From positions 3,844,001 through 3,908,000 of the forward strand of contig JANJGN010000036.1 in assembly GCA_026770705.1 (NCBI GenBank): DNA of 64,000 nt, read 5' to 3'. Positions 13,301 through 26,832 of the stretch are shown here, piece by piece (positions within the stretch are counted from its first letter, which is position 1; each line of letters begins with the position of its first letter). This DNA is from Isurus oxyrinchus. Its lineage: Eukaryota. A model generated the notes under the pieces. It had not been told where the DNA came from, searched no databases, and saw nothing but the letters and a program-made list of their open reading frames with translations. A program made the translations under genes and the position numbers.

Positions 13301-14999
13301 ATAAATTGTAATGTATTGGTGCTGCTCCGTTCCCATTCAAATGTACTTTTAATTATTGATTAACGGATAAGCAGCAGAAGAGCAATGTTACACTATCTAA
13401 TTCCTCTTTAAATTTATGTATTGTTCGCATATGTATAGTGATTCTAAAGAGTGTAGTGGCTTTGGTGCCTATTCACAGAACGCTAGCCCTGGCCCAGTGC
13501 AGAAAAGTCAGAGAGTTTATGGTCACGTGTGCTTAAGTATATTCTCTTTCGAGCACAGGGTGCAAATGGGAGCTGTTTCTTAATTATCTCAGCCCTGTGA
13601 CTGATTAAGTTTTCCTAAACCAGATCTTATGTCTGATTAAGGGTCTCGATACATGTAACCAGCATGTCATCCGCTTGTAGTTCAGTGAGGTGTGTCCGTG
13701 TGAGGAGACACTCATAGAAATGAAGAACATAGATTTCATGTTTTCACAATTTAGGGAATAGCGAGTTGATAGTAAAAATTAAGTTGGTAAACCGTAAATA
13801 TTGTAATAATTGTTGCACTACATCAATAAATATAACTTTTCAAGTTACAAAAGAACTGAAAACCCTATATGTTAGAGAGATTCAGTCCTCGGACTTTCTA
13901 GGGAAAGAAGCATCTCTGGAGTTCGCTCTTTTATTAATTAGAGAATCTCCTACAATAATTAACTCCACATTACATCTTTCTCCCAAAAGATAGTATTTAC
14001 TCATGTTTCCCCTCTCAATCTCTTTGAAATGTGAAAGTTCTACATTTTATTACTCCTCAGCTGTCTGTTTTCTAGGGAGTAGAGTGACAGCCAGTTAGTC
14101 ATCCTACAATTATCATCTTTCGGACATGACATTTTTCTTCAGAATATTATTTGCACATCTGGTAAGTTTCGATCTCTATTTCGTAATATGAAGACCAGAA
14201 ATAAAGAACCCTGAACGTAGTATAGTCAGGGTTCCATAAAACATTAAATTTCTTTCCGAGTTTATTCTTCTTTGTCTATAAATGAGCCCCAGCGCTTTAA
14301 TCGCGCCTTTATGGTTTTGTTAGCCCTCATTACTAAGTTGAATAACTTGTGACTCTGTTCCCACCGTACACTTTTCGCCATTGTTTACTTTATGACTTAA
14401 ATGCCTCATTGTGACCTCCAATATCTTTTAGCTTATATTATGTGTTCGTTCATTTCTTATTTGAGAGGGAAATGCTCCCTCTCAGATTTCCCTGCCTTTC
14501 CTGCATCTGAATCATCAAGCACTGTTTATTCTTCCCCCATTGTCCTGCAAAGCTTCTCGCCTTAGAGTTTGAAGTTGCCTTTTGGATGCCCATTGATAGT
14601 TCCACCCATGCCAGTCCGCCCTCTGCGTTTCAAAGGCAAGAAAAGCGAGCTGCCCTTAAACTGCTATAAGGCTGGATCTTTCCTGACCTACAACATTCGG
14701 TCTTTGCCCAGCCAGTTCCCCTCGACCATCTGCCATGCTTCCATTTCCGAGGACCCCTTTTGTAATGTATTAGTTTGTTTTGGTTTATCTACAACCCACT
14801 TTAGAAATGTTTCCCTCATTACAGTCTGTACATTGCTCATGTCTCCTGCTTCAACCTTTTCTTTTCCAGCACTATCATGACCATGTCACTCCCATTCACT
14901 TCTTTCACCCTGGCTTGCCTTCACATGATTTGTTTCTGAATCTTCCTTTCCTTCCTTCATTTTTCCATCTCCATTTGAATGGATAGTTTTTCCATCAAT

Positions 15000-15220
15000 A
15001 TCGGACATCGATGTCAACAGCTACCTTGACCGTGCATCCCAAAACCCCCCTTCTTCTAAGGACTCTCTCCTATCCTGCCAGTTTCTCTGTCGCATCTTCT
15101 TCTTTAGCTGTGATGACAACTTCGACACCATTGCTTCCCAAGTGAAGTATTTTCCCCCACAGCAGAGGTTTGGCCACTTCACTGCGGTGCGCAGGCCCAG
15201 CCGTGTCCATTCTATATTCA
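15000..15220 (+). mobile_element. Probable Penelope-like RT fragment
   Basis: YLD, KDS, QFL and CDDNF remnants across shifts. Confidence 0.45.
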
Positions 15221-16670
15221 ACATTGGCTGCCCTCACTCCCTGCCCTTCGAGGCAGAACTTACAGGGGGAGTTCTTGTCCAGGGAGATGTGTTCCCTTCT
15301 GTCTTGTGTTCAAAAACTCCCTCGCTGTCAATACATCTTCTTACAGATCTTTCCACACAGCCAAATGACTGATTCACCTGAAAGTGAGAGAGAAATAAAT
15401 TGGTTAGAAATGATCACAAGATACTTTACAAAATGAGGCCCAGCAAGAGCCAAAGCTCCGTTTCTCAGTTACATCGTTACTCCCCCTGCACCTGCCAATT
15501 ATCAGCAAATTTCATCTCCCAATCTGCATGTTTGCTCATCTAAACCTAACCTGCCCTTAAGAAAACACTATCCAATCAAGAAATATTGTTGCCCATCCCT
15601 CAACGGGAATTCATCACCCAGGCTCCCACCATCACTTAAACTCCTTTCAATCCCTAAATATTCTTCTACTTGTCTCAATATGTGTTCCTCGAAAACTCTT
15701 CTGTTAGCATGTAAACGCATGCAAATCCCTAAATATCTTTGTGCTCCCCCTTCTCTGTACCTGCACCAGCCATTAAATACTTTGAGATACTTCTTCTAAT
15801 TCTCTTCTCTTGCGCATCCCTTATTGTAATTGTTCAAACATTGACTACCAAGCTTTCAGTTGCTTTGAGTCTAAGCTCCATAATTAGTTTGCCAAACATG
15901 TCCGACTCTCTAAATCTGTTATAAGATTTTCCTTAAACTCTGGCTTTTATCAGGTTTCGGGCAATCTGACCTCATACCTACTTGTGTAGTTTAATATTAA
16001 AGAGTTAAACAAAAATCTGTAAGAAATATTGTTTTTATTAAGCGCCTAGGAACATAGGAAGAGGAGAAGACCATTCAACGCTTTGTGCCTGCTCCGCCAT
16101 TCAGTACGATCATGGTGGATCAAATACTTCAATGCCATTTAGCCACTCCATTCCCATGACCCGTTACATTATTGGTAACCAGAAACCTATCACTCTGAGG
16201 GTGTTTTGCTCCATTAAATTAACTTTATAAACGTAAACCCTGACACCAAGAACTCTCTAGGAACAGGCACAGCCTGGAATGCATACAGATTGAACTCAAT
16301 CTAAGCTGTACCATCAATTGTCCTCATGGCAGGAATGAAATTATTTAATTAAAGGCTAAAGCTTCTTTTGCATTTCCCAGTCGAAAGCCACGGGGGATAT
16401 AGTATGGCTTCGATGCAGAGAAGCACACCCTGAATCATAACCATTAAAACATGTCTAAGAAATGTAAAGTTCTGGACATGTAGTGAGGTACACTCCACAT
16501 ACAGTGTCACATGGAGCAGTCTCACATCAGTTACCGCATGCGCTAACTGCAGATTTAGGTTCCTTTTACACGGTCTAGTTTCTGATATCCTATAGTACCC
16601 ACTACGCAAAGTTTTCAGGCTCATATAAAAATAATTATGAAATTTAAACTTTGGATTCAAATTCAGTGAA

Positions 16671-16743
16671 ATGTATCCACGGGCAGTGGCAGCAACAGGT
16701 CCATTCTTTTACCTCTTTGTTCTCTCGTTGTTCTCTGGATACT
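16671..16743 (+). pseudogene. Leader exon of lineage X, copy 2 (MYPRAVAATGPFFYLFVLSLFSGY), inverted relative to copy 1
   Basis: TATAAAA at 16624-16630, ATG, hydrophobic core, T|GTCAGT. Confidence 0.5.
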
Positions 16744-16949
16744 GTCAGTTCCTCATCGACGTTCATTTTTCGTGTTAGATAGTAAACTTTTAACCGAGCA
16801 ACAATTGCTACATTTCGCACTGAACCGTCTGAAAGTGTCAATAAACTATTGATAAGTGAATGGATTGAGAGTACCGCGGAGTTGCAGCGTCTCCCAACAA
16901 CTGGCAGTTCCACTCCAGCAGCTCCAGTTTTCCCTTATCTAATATTACA

Positions 16950-17950
16950 GTTTATTATTGCATTTTGCATCTTTATTCAGAATGACAACAAAATACGACT
17001 CAAATAGTCTTAACAATGCATCTGCGCTCGAGTTACCTACATATTAAAACAGATTTGAAAACCCATGATAGTTCTGTGATTGGAGTTTTTCTGATGTTTC
17101 GGATCACTTACTCCCAGGGTACCGCTGAGACCAATTCATAAAGTCATTTATGGAGCGAATGTTAGCAGGATGGAAATAGGGTAAAGGACCGACCCGTGCT
17201 GGATGGGGATTTAGTCTGCATTCATATGAAAGCTGCCCTGCGAGTGAATGCCGATCCTTCATTGGTTGTGTCCTGGGAGGGAAAATTGTCACTTTTACTC
17301 TTGGAAGAAAATTATTCCCAATCCATCCACCCTTTTGATAATGCAGTTGAGAAAAGTTTACCGACTAAAATCACTGGCTCGAGGACACTTAAAGCACATC
17401 AGGAGGCCATTCGGCCAGTCATGCCTATGCGAGCTCATTGAATGTGCACTTTAGTGAGTAAATTTGAGGTGATGTTTCACTGAGATGGTGTAATATCATT
17501 CCATGACGTCTTTCTTTTCATCAATATCAAAACAAAATTAGTCTGCAAACCGTTAGGGCGCTGATTACTGGATATTTTTGTTGGTAATTAAATTCTGGTC
17601 TGCAGAGTGTCTTATGATTCCTGTTCGTGTCAGATAGAAAGATTTCGAAATTAATACTGGCTTATTCTGCTGTAAAGACCCATTCTGCACAGATATTTCG
17701 AGAGTATTCGTGAAACTTATTACAAGATACAGATGGAAATGGTCATTCTGCTGAACACGGTTGATCCCTCCGGCAGGTTTCTGTCATCCTCATCATGCAG
17801 AAAATCTACTTTTTCCTTAAAAGTTATCCGGGGCGTTTGCAAACGTTTCCCAAATCTACCTACCCAGTGAAGCATTCATGGTGCTGATCATTCTGTGTCT
17901 CATCGATCTCCAGACAACAGATCTCATAATATCTTGACCTATTAATCCCA
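16950..17950 (+). pseudogene. V-J, C1 and TM relic (lineage Y, copy 2)
   Basis: Collinear with 2250-3400; IVTFTLGRKLF J-like remnant; AFMVLIILCLI TM-like remnant. Confidence 0.45.
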
Positions 17951-18797
17951 GCGGCACATTGGAGCCATTCAGTCCCTCTGGTTGGAACTGGCATTCGATC
18001 TGATCATGTCTGAAGATAGGAAATTGAAATAGTTTATGTACGTTATATGTGTATTTTGGGTTGTTGCATCTTTAATTTTACATCTTTAATTTTAAGTTTA
18101 ATTTATGTACTTTTTTCTATTTCTCAATTAAACTGCTAAACCTGGCGTCTAGTTTCATTTTTGAATGAAGGCAGCAGGTCTAAAGCTCTCTTTGAGTACT
18201 TGTATTTCTAGAGGGTGTCATGATTCTTGGAAAGGAGACAATGCCACCACAAGTGTAGGAAGAACAATGATATTGCATAGCAATATGGGTCCAGGGATGG
18301 TGGAGGTTCTCGTACACATGCGCACGCACACACTTACAGACAAACACACACACGCACAGAGACATAGAGAGAGAGAGAGAGAGAAAGAGAGACAAAGCAG
18401 CAGTTTGAGGTAACTTGAAAGCAGCTGCCAGGGAGAGGATGGAGAACAGAGATAGCAAGTCCCAAACTGAAATTGAAACCAAAACACCAGATAGGCAGTG
18501 TGCTGTGAGAAGGGACTGTGGAGAGCAGGTTTCCCAAAATAACCCAAAAGGCACGAGTGAGACATAAACGGAGAAAAGCCCCAATAAGATGTTCTTGTTT
18601 AATTAAAGGCGGGAATCTGGTGTGAAATTGATTGGATATGTCGATTTTCTCATTTTGTCATGTAATGCTACCTGGGGAGTCACTGCCAGGAAGATCTGCT
18701 TAAGCTGCGCCTAAACCTCAGCACCTCACGTGTTTAAAAGGGCACCTGCCAGTGAGGGAGAAACAACATCAGACACTCATTCTGCTGCCACCGTAGA

Positions 18798-19231
18798 ATG
18801 TGGTTAATGATCTCAATGATCCAATTCACATCCAAGTTTGAGTTTTCTTAAAATGAATGATTAATCTGCTCGGAGGCTAGTTGAGAGGAAATAGTTAATT
18901 AATCCTTCAGAGATTTAATTAAACTGGTTGGAAATTTATAGTGACGGATTCAAATACTCTTATGATGGATTTGTGGACTTTAGCCGATCATCACACTCTG
19001 GCACTGTTCACTGGTGTAATTTATTCTTCAATAGATCAGGTATAAGATCTTATACATGTGTTGCCCAACATACTGCCTTCAATTTTGATCATGGATTATT
19101 CGGCGAGTGAATCTGATTAACCAATATTCCACCCATGTTAGATACCTGGATGATTCAGGGCATCGCAAAATGCACTTTAATGGACACCAGGTTGGATGGT
19201 TTGCGTCGGGTCACAAAATTCTTGGTCCTGG
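18798..19231 (+). pseudogene. Leader plus V-J exon relic (lineage A, copy 2)
   Basis: MWLMISMIQFTSK; GTVHW; DDSG, shift, IAKCTLMDTRLDGLRRVTKFLVLG. Confidence 0.55.
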
Positions 19232-20877
19232 TTTCGAGGTTATAACTATCAGGAAAGATTGAACAGGCTGGGGCCCTTTTCCCCAGAAAACTGGGGTCGA
19301 AGGGGGTGACCTCATAGAGGTCTTCAAAATTTTGCGCATATTCGAGAAGGTTGATGTTAAGACGATATTCCCACTTGTGGCAGAGAGACCAGAACTAGGG
19401 ACCATTAATATAAGATCGTCACTAATGAATCCAATCAGGAATGCAGGAGAAACCTCTGTACACGTACAGTGTGGCGATCTTACTCCCAAAAGGATTGGCC
19501 GAGGTGAATCGCAGAGATGCATTTAAGGGAGACTCAGCATAAACACACGAGTTCTAAGGGATTGAGGATTAGCTGACGGTGTGGGTGGAGAGAGGATGGG
19601 AGGAATGTCAAGAAGCACCGGGAGAGCAGAGACCAGTGATGTTCCACTTATCCACAGAATTAATTTTGACACAAAGAGGCAGGTGGCCAGACAGGTTCTG
19701 GGTAAAACAGTTACTAAAATAATACCATCATATTCTAGTTTTTTTCAATCTGGTCGGTTTTTGTTAAAATCAGAATACATTTATGTGTTCTGGGTGAATT
19801 GAGCAGAACACATGGAATGAGGAGCATTTCCACTCTGCCCACGCAAATGTCATCAGCAGGCGTGTTGTTGAGTTCAGCAGCACTGCCTTTTGTCTCCAGC
19901 TTGCACCAACCTGGACTGCGCACCGCCTGTGACGCCTGTTTACCACTGTTTTTAGCGTGTTGGCCTTTGCAGGCAGAGCCGTGTGTGGTCTCCTAGTTTA
20001 TAAACAGGAAACACTCAGCTACAATTTACACTGCTCTGAACTTTCCAGTGAGCTATTTTTAAACCTTTCGCGTAATTTCAGCAACATATGCATTTTCAGC
20101 ACGCCTTCCGAGCCCGGGGCCGAGAACAAAGGCGCCCGAGAGAAGAGACGTTGAAAATCTCACAACAGCCGGCCCTGGATCGGAGACCGAGAGCTTGTTA
20201 ATGCCCTGTGCGTTGCTGCATCTGTTTCCAGGTTTGTGCCTTCTTCACTACTTAGTCTGGATGGGTTAAGACCACTGAAATAGTCAGCCAAGTAGAAAAT
20301 TATCCCCATGTCTACATTCTATAATATTAGTTTTCTGTTCAAGCACTGTGTTATTCCCACCTGCTCAAAATTGATCAAATATTAACATTCTTCAATCTAT
20401 CGGATCTGATGTTCAAATGAGATCCTTTGTCTCTTTGGGATGCAGTGTCCCAGGACCACTATTAGCAGGGGAACGAAGGTGTGGAAGGGTGGGGGTAGGG
20501 GGGCGGTGGAGTAGCCCCGGGTCCGTAGGGAATATATTTATCACACAAACCATATAATTAAAAGCGCGACCTGGGTCATAGTTACTTTCTTATTTGTGGG
20601 CCTTGCTTTGTGTCATGACGGCTGCGGCGTTTCCAACAGAATAACAGAGGCTCCACTTCAAAAAAAAGTCCTTCATTGTCTCTGATGCGCCTCTTTTTCC
20701 CTCTTGTTCGTGTTAATATTTGAAATTTAACCCTCAATGTTTTACTCCATTAGCATGTATTAACCAATCAATTAACGGTCTATTATATATTTTACTATTG
20801 TACTCGTTTCCTCATAACAAAACTTTCCTCGCTCTCTAGCATAACAGAACCCATAGTGTTCATTTTGTACCTCACAG

Positions 20878-21221
20878 TTATTGTATCGCAGACATTTTTG
20901 TCTCAGACTCCGTAGGTTCAGAGTCCCTAGCTTGGAAGGAAGTCAAGGTGTATTGTGAAACGGCTCAATTGGCGGTGGTGTGGAGGGGACGGTCGACTGG
21001 AAAAACCGAACCAGTGGACGCATCTGTAACTAGTTTACACCGTGATAGGATACAACTCTCCAACCGGGAGCTATTCGGGAGAGCTTTACGAGAGTGGACT
21101 CTCTATTCAAGAAATATTGCAGTGGTCCATGCCAGTGATTAGGGAATGTATGAATGTGCAGCTAAGAAGCTCAGTGAGACGTCTTTTACGTTTGGAAATG
21201 GTTCAAAATTGTTGATCAAAG
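20878..21221 (+). pseudogene. Germline-joined V-J exon relic (lineage B, copy 2)
   Basis: LSQTP*, frameshift, EVKVYC..VVW, ASD*GMYECAAKKLSETSFTFGNGSKLLIK, then G|GT donor; several stops; no RSS. Confidence 0.85.
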
Positions 21222-23014
21222 GTACATATTACCATTATTTTAAATAGTCCATTATCAATAACCAGGAAGTTATGGCCAATAGTGATCGAATCTCAACGCC
21301 CGATCCCACCACTTTCTCCAATAATCAACCTTCGAACTCCATCCCCATCTGAAATTCCTTCGACCTTTCGGTGTGCTTAGTAAAGTCTGTGGGTCCCGAT
21401 TCCTTTGCCTTCCACTGGAATGATTCCGAGCGGGATCCCCAGGGACAGAGCGATTCCAGGACAATCGAGCCGGAAGGGACCTACCCAATCAGGAGTTACA
21501 TAATTCTCTGGGCGGAAAATTGAAGCAGCAGCGCTCTCTGTCCTTGCGCCGTTCAAATCAACTGCAGTGAAAATCTTCCAAGTGAAAGTGCCTCATTGCA
21601 GAGAGGTAGCTGCTAACAGTTACCTCGTGCATTTAATGTGCGACCTTTGTGTTAGCAATATCTGTTTCTACATTTGAACTCAACCCTTTATGTGTCCATG
21701 AATCATTTCCTGACCTCTTACACCGCTCTCATGTAGCTCATCATTTCAGTGTTTAGCTTTCTGCATTTCAAGTCCAACTGTCTCGCTGCGATAAAAGTGT
21801 ATGGTGAGGAATAAAACGTTTTCACGCACCAATCATTAAATAAAATCCCAATTTTCTCTTTACAACTTTCTCGTTTCCTTTATGACATTATCTGTATCCC
21901 ATAGAGCAGAGCTTCCAACATCTACACAGTGCATTCTGCCCTTTGGCTCACTGCTGGTGTTTCTACTCCACATGAACCTCCTCCCACCATTCTTCATGTC
22001 ACCCCATTAAGATACCCTTCTATTCCCTTCTCCCTCATGTGTTTATACAACGTCACCCATCAATCCTTCTCTATAATTCACCTCAACCACACCCTATGCG
22101 AACGAGCTCCACCTTCTCCCCGCTCTCTGATTAAAGAGGTTTCTCCTGAGTTCTCGTTGGATTTATTAGCGACAATCTGACATTGATGTCTTCTAGTTCT
22201 GCTGTCCCTCAAAAAGTTCTAATACTTTCTCTACACCTGCCCGAGAAATTTTTCACAGCCTGAAAATCCTCATCTGGTCACCCTACAGTCTTCTCTTTTC
22301 TCTAAGAAAAAATAGATTTCAGCCTGTTCAAACTTTCCTGACTGCTATAACCTCTTAGTTTTGGTGTCATTCCAGTAAACCTTTTCTTTTTCGCACCGTC
22401 CCCCGTGCCTGTACATTCTTTTAATCAGATAGAGAAGAGAATTGTTCACAGGGCTCTAAGTGTCTCAAGCTAAGTTATGATATTGGTTTAATGCCGCCTT
22501 TCTTAGTTTCATTGTTGGGCCTGATTTTTTAACACCTCATTGGCCTCTGTCACTACTTTCAATGATTTTTGTGTCTATACTTCAGAATCCTCTGCTCCTC
22601 TATCCGATTTAAACTCTTATTTTCGCGTTAGTGTGTAGCCCAAACTCTATCACTATGTCTAACCCAACCCCCAATCCTTATCCTTCCTAGCTAAACGGTC
22701 TCCATATAACGTTTCATCCAAGACAAAGGAAAGGAATCCGTTGGATGACTAGAAGCTAGTTAGCCTCTCAGGCGTGGCTGAAAAATGCTTAGCATCAAAT
22801 AAGTTGGTGAGAATTTATAAATGGATGGGTTCTTTAAGGACACCAGGCACGGATTTGTGAACACCTGGTCATGCTTAACAAAATAAAGAGAGGCAATTCT
22901 TTCAAGAAGTGTCCGACTGGACAATTAAAGAGAATGCAGTGGATAGAACATGCATGGAGTTCCACAAGGCCTTCATGTGTTTTTGATTTGTAAATGTATT
23001 TACGTATCTCTCAA

Positions 23015-23168
23015 NNNNNNNNNNNNNNNNNNNNNNNNNNNNNNNNNNNNNNNNNNNNNNNNNNNNNNNNNNNNNNNNNNNNNNNNNNNNNNNNNNNNNN
23101 NNNNNNNNNNNNNNNNNNNNNNNNNNNNNNNNNNNNNNNNNNNNNNNNNNNNNNNNNNNNNNNNNNNN
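23015..23168. other. Assembly gap
   Basis: N run. Confidence 1.
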
Positions 23169-23189
23169 TCTTTCTCCCTCTCATTCCCT

Positions 23190-23800
23190 TACATACCGTT
23201 CATGTGATTGTCTCCGTCTATCAAGCCATCCAGCTACGTTCGAATTTCTAAATCTGCTTCGCTTATCTAATCATTTTCATTTCTAATTATAATGTGTTCG
23301 GTGCTGTTGGTGACATTTCCAAGACAGACATTGAATGTCCAACCCGAGATGCCCTCTGTAAGTGGAGCTGGATCTCGTTGAATCTCCTGCAAGAGTGAAA
23401 GGCTCGGGTTGCAAGGATTTCTTCTAAAAGACAATGGCATTTTTCAAATTATGCTCCAGACCATCTGCAGCGCCCACTCTCCGGGGGTCGTCCGTGGCGC
23501 TGCTCCTCCTTCTGGTTATGGTTCTTGTGGCCGGGGTGAAGGAATTCCAGGAAAGTCGTCAGAGAGAGTTTGGAGGGAGACGCTCTAACTCAGCGGCGCT
23601 CTCAATGCATCCATTTATCTCTGGGTTTTTGGCACTTTCAGCTGTTTGAATGTGAACTGAGGCCATTTCAACTAAATTTAAATTTCACTATTTAACAGGA
23701 AACATGAACAGTGATGTGGAACTCACACATTCCAGAGCAACGGTACAAGACAATGCGATAACTATGGATGGAAGTGTTTCCTAACATGTGCAGATAAATT
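23190..23800 (-). pseudogene. Lineage X copy 3: decayed leader plus V-J-like exon
   Basis: GTGAGT donor at 23721-23726; remnants PGEWALQMV, TFNVCLGNVTNS, FRN..T*L across frameshifts. Confidence 0.35.
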
Positions 23801-24320
23801 TCACTGAATTTTAACATAAGGTATAAAATTCAGAGATACCGTCATATGAGTCTGGGATATTTTGCACAGTGAATCCAGTAAGATAACACTGTTCCATTGT
23901 CCTATAACGCTGCAACAATAGATGGAAATATAGATGACTGTTCAATTGAATGTGTCAAAATTGGGATTGATAAGTTTTGTTGAGTGAAGGGATTTAATTA
24001 TTAGGGAACGAAACAGAGGAAATGGGGTTGATATACATTTCAGAAAGGAGCTTATTGAAAGGCAGAACATGCTCGAAGGGCTGAATGCATTCCTCATTAT
24101 GATGTGAATCATGAAAACTGTTTGTGATTTCTCTTCCAGACTGTTTTCTCTCGGCTGCGGTTTAATGCGGATCCCACAGTCTGATTGCAAATGATATTGA
24201 GAGCTCAGGTTCTGCTTCCCACCGATGATGCATAGTGGAAAGCTTCCTCTGTTGTGCCCTTGTTGGAGGAAAGCCTGGAGGTGTCACCACTTCCAAGACA
24301 CAGCCATCTCAAATTCTGTT
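23450..24320 (+). repeat. Partial further copy of the module start (paralogous to about 960-2100)
   Basis: Shared blocks such as GCGGCGCTCTCAAT.CATCCAT and GGATCCCACA.TCTGATTG. Confidence 0.75.
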
Positions 24321-26821
24321 CCCCGTTGAATTAATATTTATTAATAATAATGAACAATACAGTCCGCCGATTCATCACCTACTGGACAGTCTTCAAGTCT
24401 GACAGACCAGGCTCCATTTAAAGTCTGATTTGACTCCCGGAAATTTTAACTTTGTGTTCAGTGTCGATATGATTCTACTTTCTTGTAATAGTGTCTTTAA
24501 GTTCATTGTGCATCTTTGTGTAGCGCTTGAGCAGGAAAGAGCGCATCAGTGTCCACGTTCGCAATCCATCAAAACACGTTTTGAAATCCAAGAATTGAAT
24601 TTGGGAGTTCAGGTTGTTTAATTCCTCATTGCAGATTTGCTCAGTGAATCTGCAATTGCAGATTACAGGACATCTTCAAAGTCCAGATGTGTGCGATTTG
24701 AAACTCTGACCAATTCTACAAGGATGACGCCAGAACTGTGATATCAGGGAAGTTTGAACAGGCTGGGCCTCATTTCTACAGAAAAGAGAAGACTGAGGGG
24801 AGACCTGATGAAGATATTTAAACTTATGATAGGGTTCGATATGTGGAGAGGGAGAGAAAATGTTTCCATTTGTAGGAACAGCTGAAGTAAAGAACATGAA
24901 CATTAGATATTCACCGATAATTTCCAATGGAAAATTAAGGAATAATTCCTTTTCCAGGAGAAAGGCAAGAATTCAGAACTCGTGACCAAAGCGAGCGTTC
25001 AACGTAAATAGCTGAGCTGCACTTAAAGGGGTAGCTTTTTAAATACATCATGAACAAGGAAATAGGAGGCTATGTTAATGGGGTGAGATGTAGTGGTGTG
25101 GGAGGAGGATAGTGTGGAGCAGAAACACCAGCAGAGCGGAGAGGGACTGAATGTTCTGTTCCCGCTCTGGAAATAATTTTGAATTTTGGAAAGCAGGAAA
25201 CATGAGCAGTGACTGAAAGGTGTTTGCTCTGAAGAGTTTTCATCAATAACAGAATTTCTTCTTCACACTAAAGCCAATTATTCAATGTAGAATTAGAATT
25301 CAAAAGACGTTTCACCGAGGTGACCTAATATTTTTCTGTTAAACCTAAAATATTATAAACATTAAAAAGTGCTTTTTAAGATACATGTCACGACTGCACC
25401 CAATGTTATGAATTGAGCAAGACAAATCCCAGAGGGAAACCTGTCTCACTGATCATATATATATTTTCTATTTTGAAAACGACGGGAAAACTCTTACGAT
25501 CATTAGAGTAAAAGATTTCTGAACAAGAAGGAAAAAAGCGTAATCAGACACGATTAAAATTATATGGTTGAAGGAGCCTTACAAAGTATTCTTCCAAAAA
25601 AAAAACGCTTTTCAGTATACACAAGTAAACTATTTGGTAGCAGCTCCCTTTTGAAGTTTTAAATGTAAAAAAAAGCAATAATATCACTCAAGGCAAAAGC
25701 TGCTGCTAATTTAGTGCAGCATACACCCGATTCCACACACTCTTCCAGTCTGCTGTGGAAATCCAAAGAAAGATCAGAAACAGACTCCCCCCTAAAAACA
25801 ATGGCCTCGCTGTCTTGCAATCGGATGGCTGCGTCAAATTATTTATTTTTCTGAGCACAATGCTGGAATCAGGACATCTCCCCCACATAGTCACCTCACC
25901 TCAACGAAGCATTTCTCTTAAATATCTTCCCCACCCCCACACTCTTTTATCATGGGCTCCATTGTCCTAAGCACTTTTTAGAACTTAATTTCTCAAAAAA
26001 GTAAAAATCCTTCAGGTTTTCCCATTGCCTCCACTTCCAGGTCAAATAACGTTTAATATCCTTGTCTTGTTTACTTATGCAGTTTTTGTAATTACTAATA
26101 GTCCTTAAACTCCGTTTGAAATTTAGCAGCTTAAAAGACAAGTCCTTACCTATCACCTAATGCAAATTTTAAAACCGAACGTGTTACTTATAATTCCAAA
26201 TTCTCTATAGTCTCTCATTACAAATGCATGCTTCCAGCAAGTTTACCTTTCATCTCTCAGTTAGCACAGACAAACTATCGTTACTAACTTCCCCCAGATT
26301 TAATTAACCATGGACACACACACACACACACATGCACACACAGCTTTCTTTACAAAATATCTTCATGTTCCCAAAAATATAGAAAAACAACATACATCTT
26401 CATGTCCAATATTCCACATTTGTTTCCGTGTCACTTAAAACTCTTAGCAGCTTTAAATGCTTTCTGAGCTAGACTTGCACCACACCTTCCACAGAACCTC
26501 TTGCTACAAGACAAACTACACTCACGATAAATCTCTGACATGCAGATTTAAAGTTGAACATGAACCAAAAAACAGTGTAAAATGAAACGGAACCATCATA
26601 AGTTTCCTCCATCGTTACCCATATCTCTCCCCGACTGTGTCCTTAATGAACGCTAGAACACATCACATCTCAGGCAACGTAACCCACCACTAACAGCGTC
26701 TCAATCCAGGACTGATATTGTCAGCTCAGTAGACATTGCAGTTTGATCCAAATGACATTTAATTCTAATTTAATTATTAATCAGTGCAAGCCTCTTGTGC
26801 ATCGTTATAATCGAAGAATAA

Positions 26822-26832
26822 TTTATTTTATT
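26822..26832 (-). promoter_or_regulatory. Probable polyadenylation signal of gene 1
   Basis: AATAAA hexamers in the context CATGCAAATAAAA, conserved with the gene 2 3' region at 54318-54330. Confidence 0.55.

Larger units (their letters stand above)
16904..22980 (+). repeat. Segmental duplication, copy 2
   Basis: Same order of lineage Y, A and B relics and flanking repeats; lacks the CR1 insert at 5.5-7.9 kb. Confidence 0.85.

Noticed and set aside
19757-19800. GGTTTTTGT nonamer-like site, and scattered CACAGTG heptamers (for example near 3210, 21924, 23865, 33333, 38450)
   Set aside because: I saw no heptamer-nonamer pair at 12 or 23 spacing next to a V or J coding end, so there is no support for a rearranging TCR or Ig locus. 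An RSS information-content scan would be decisive.
25706-25730. RVYAALN ITIM-like peptide on the minus strand
   Set aside because: It lies beyond the gene 1 stop and poly(A) signal, with no supporting exon or paralog match
25400-26420. Possible LTR-like segment, also 3500-4600 and 18050-18620
   Set aside because: No paired LTR, primer-binding site or coding remnant could be identified by eye
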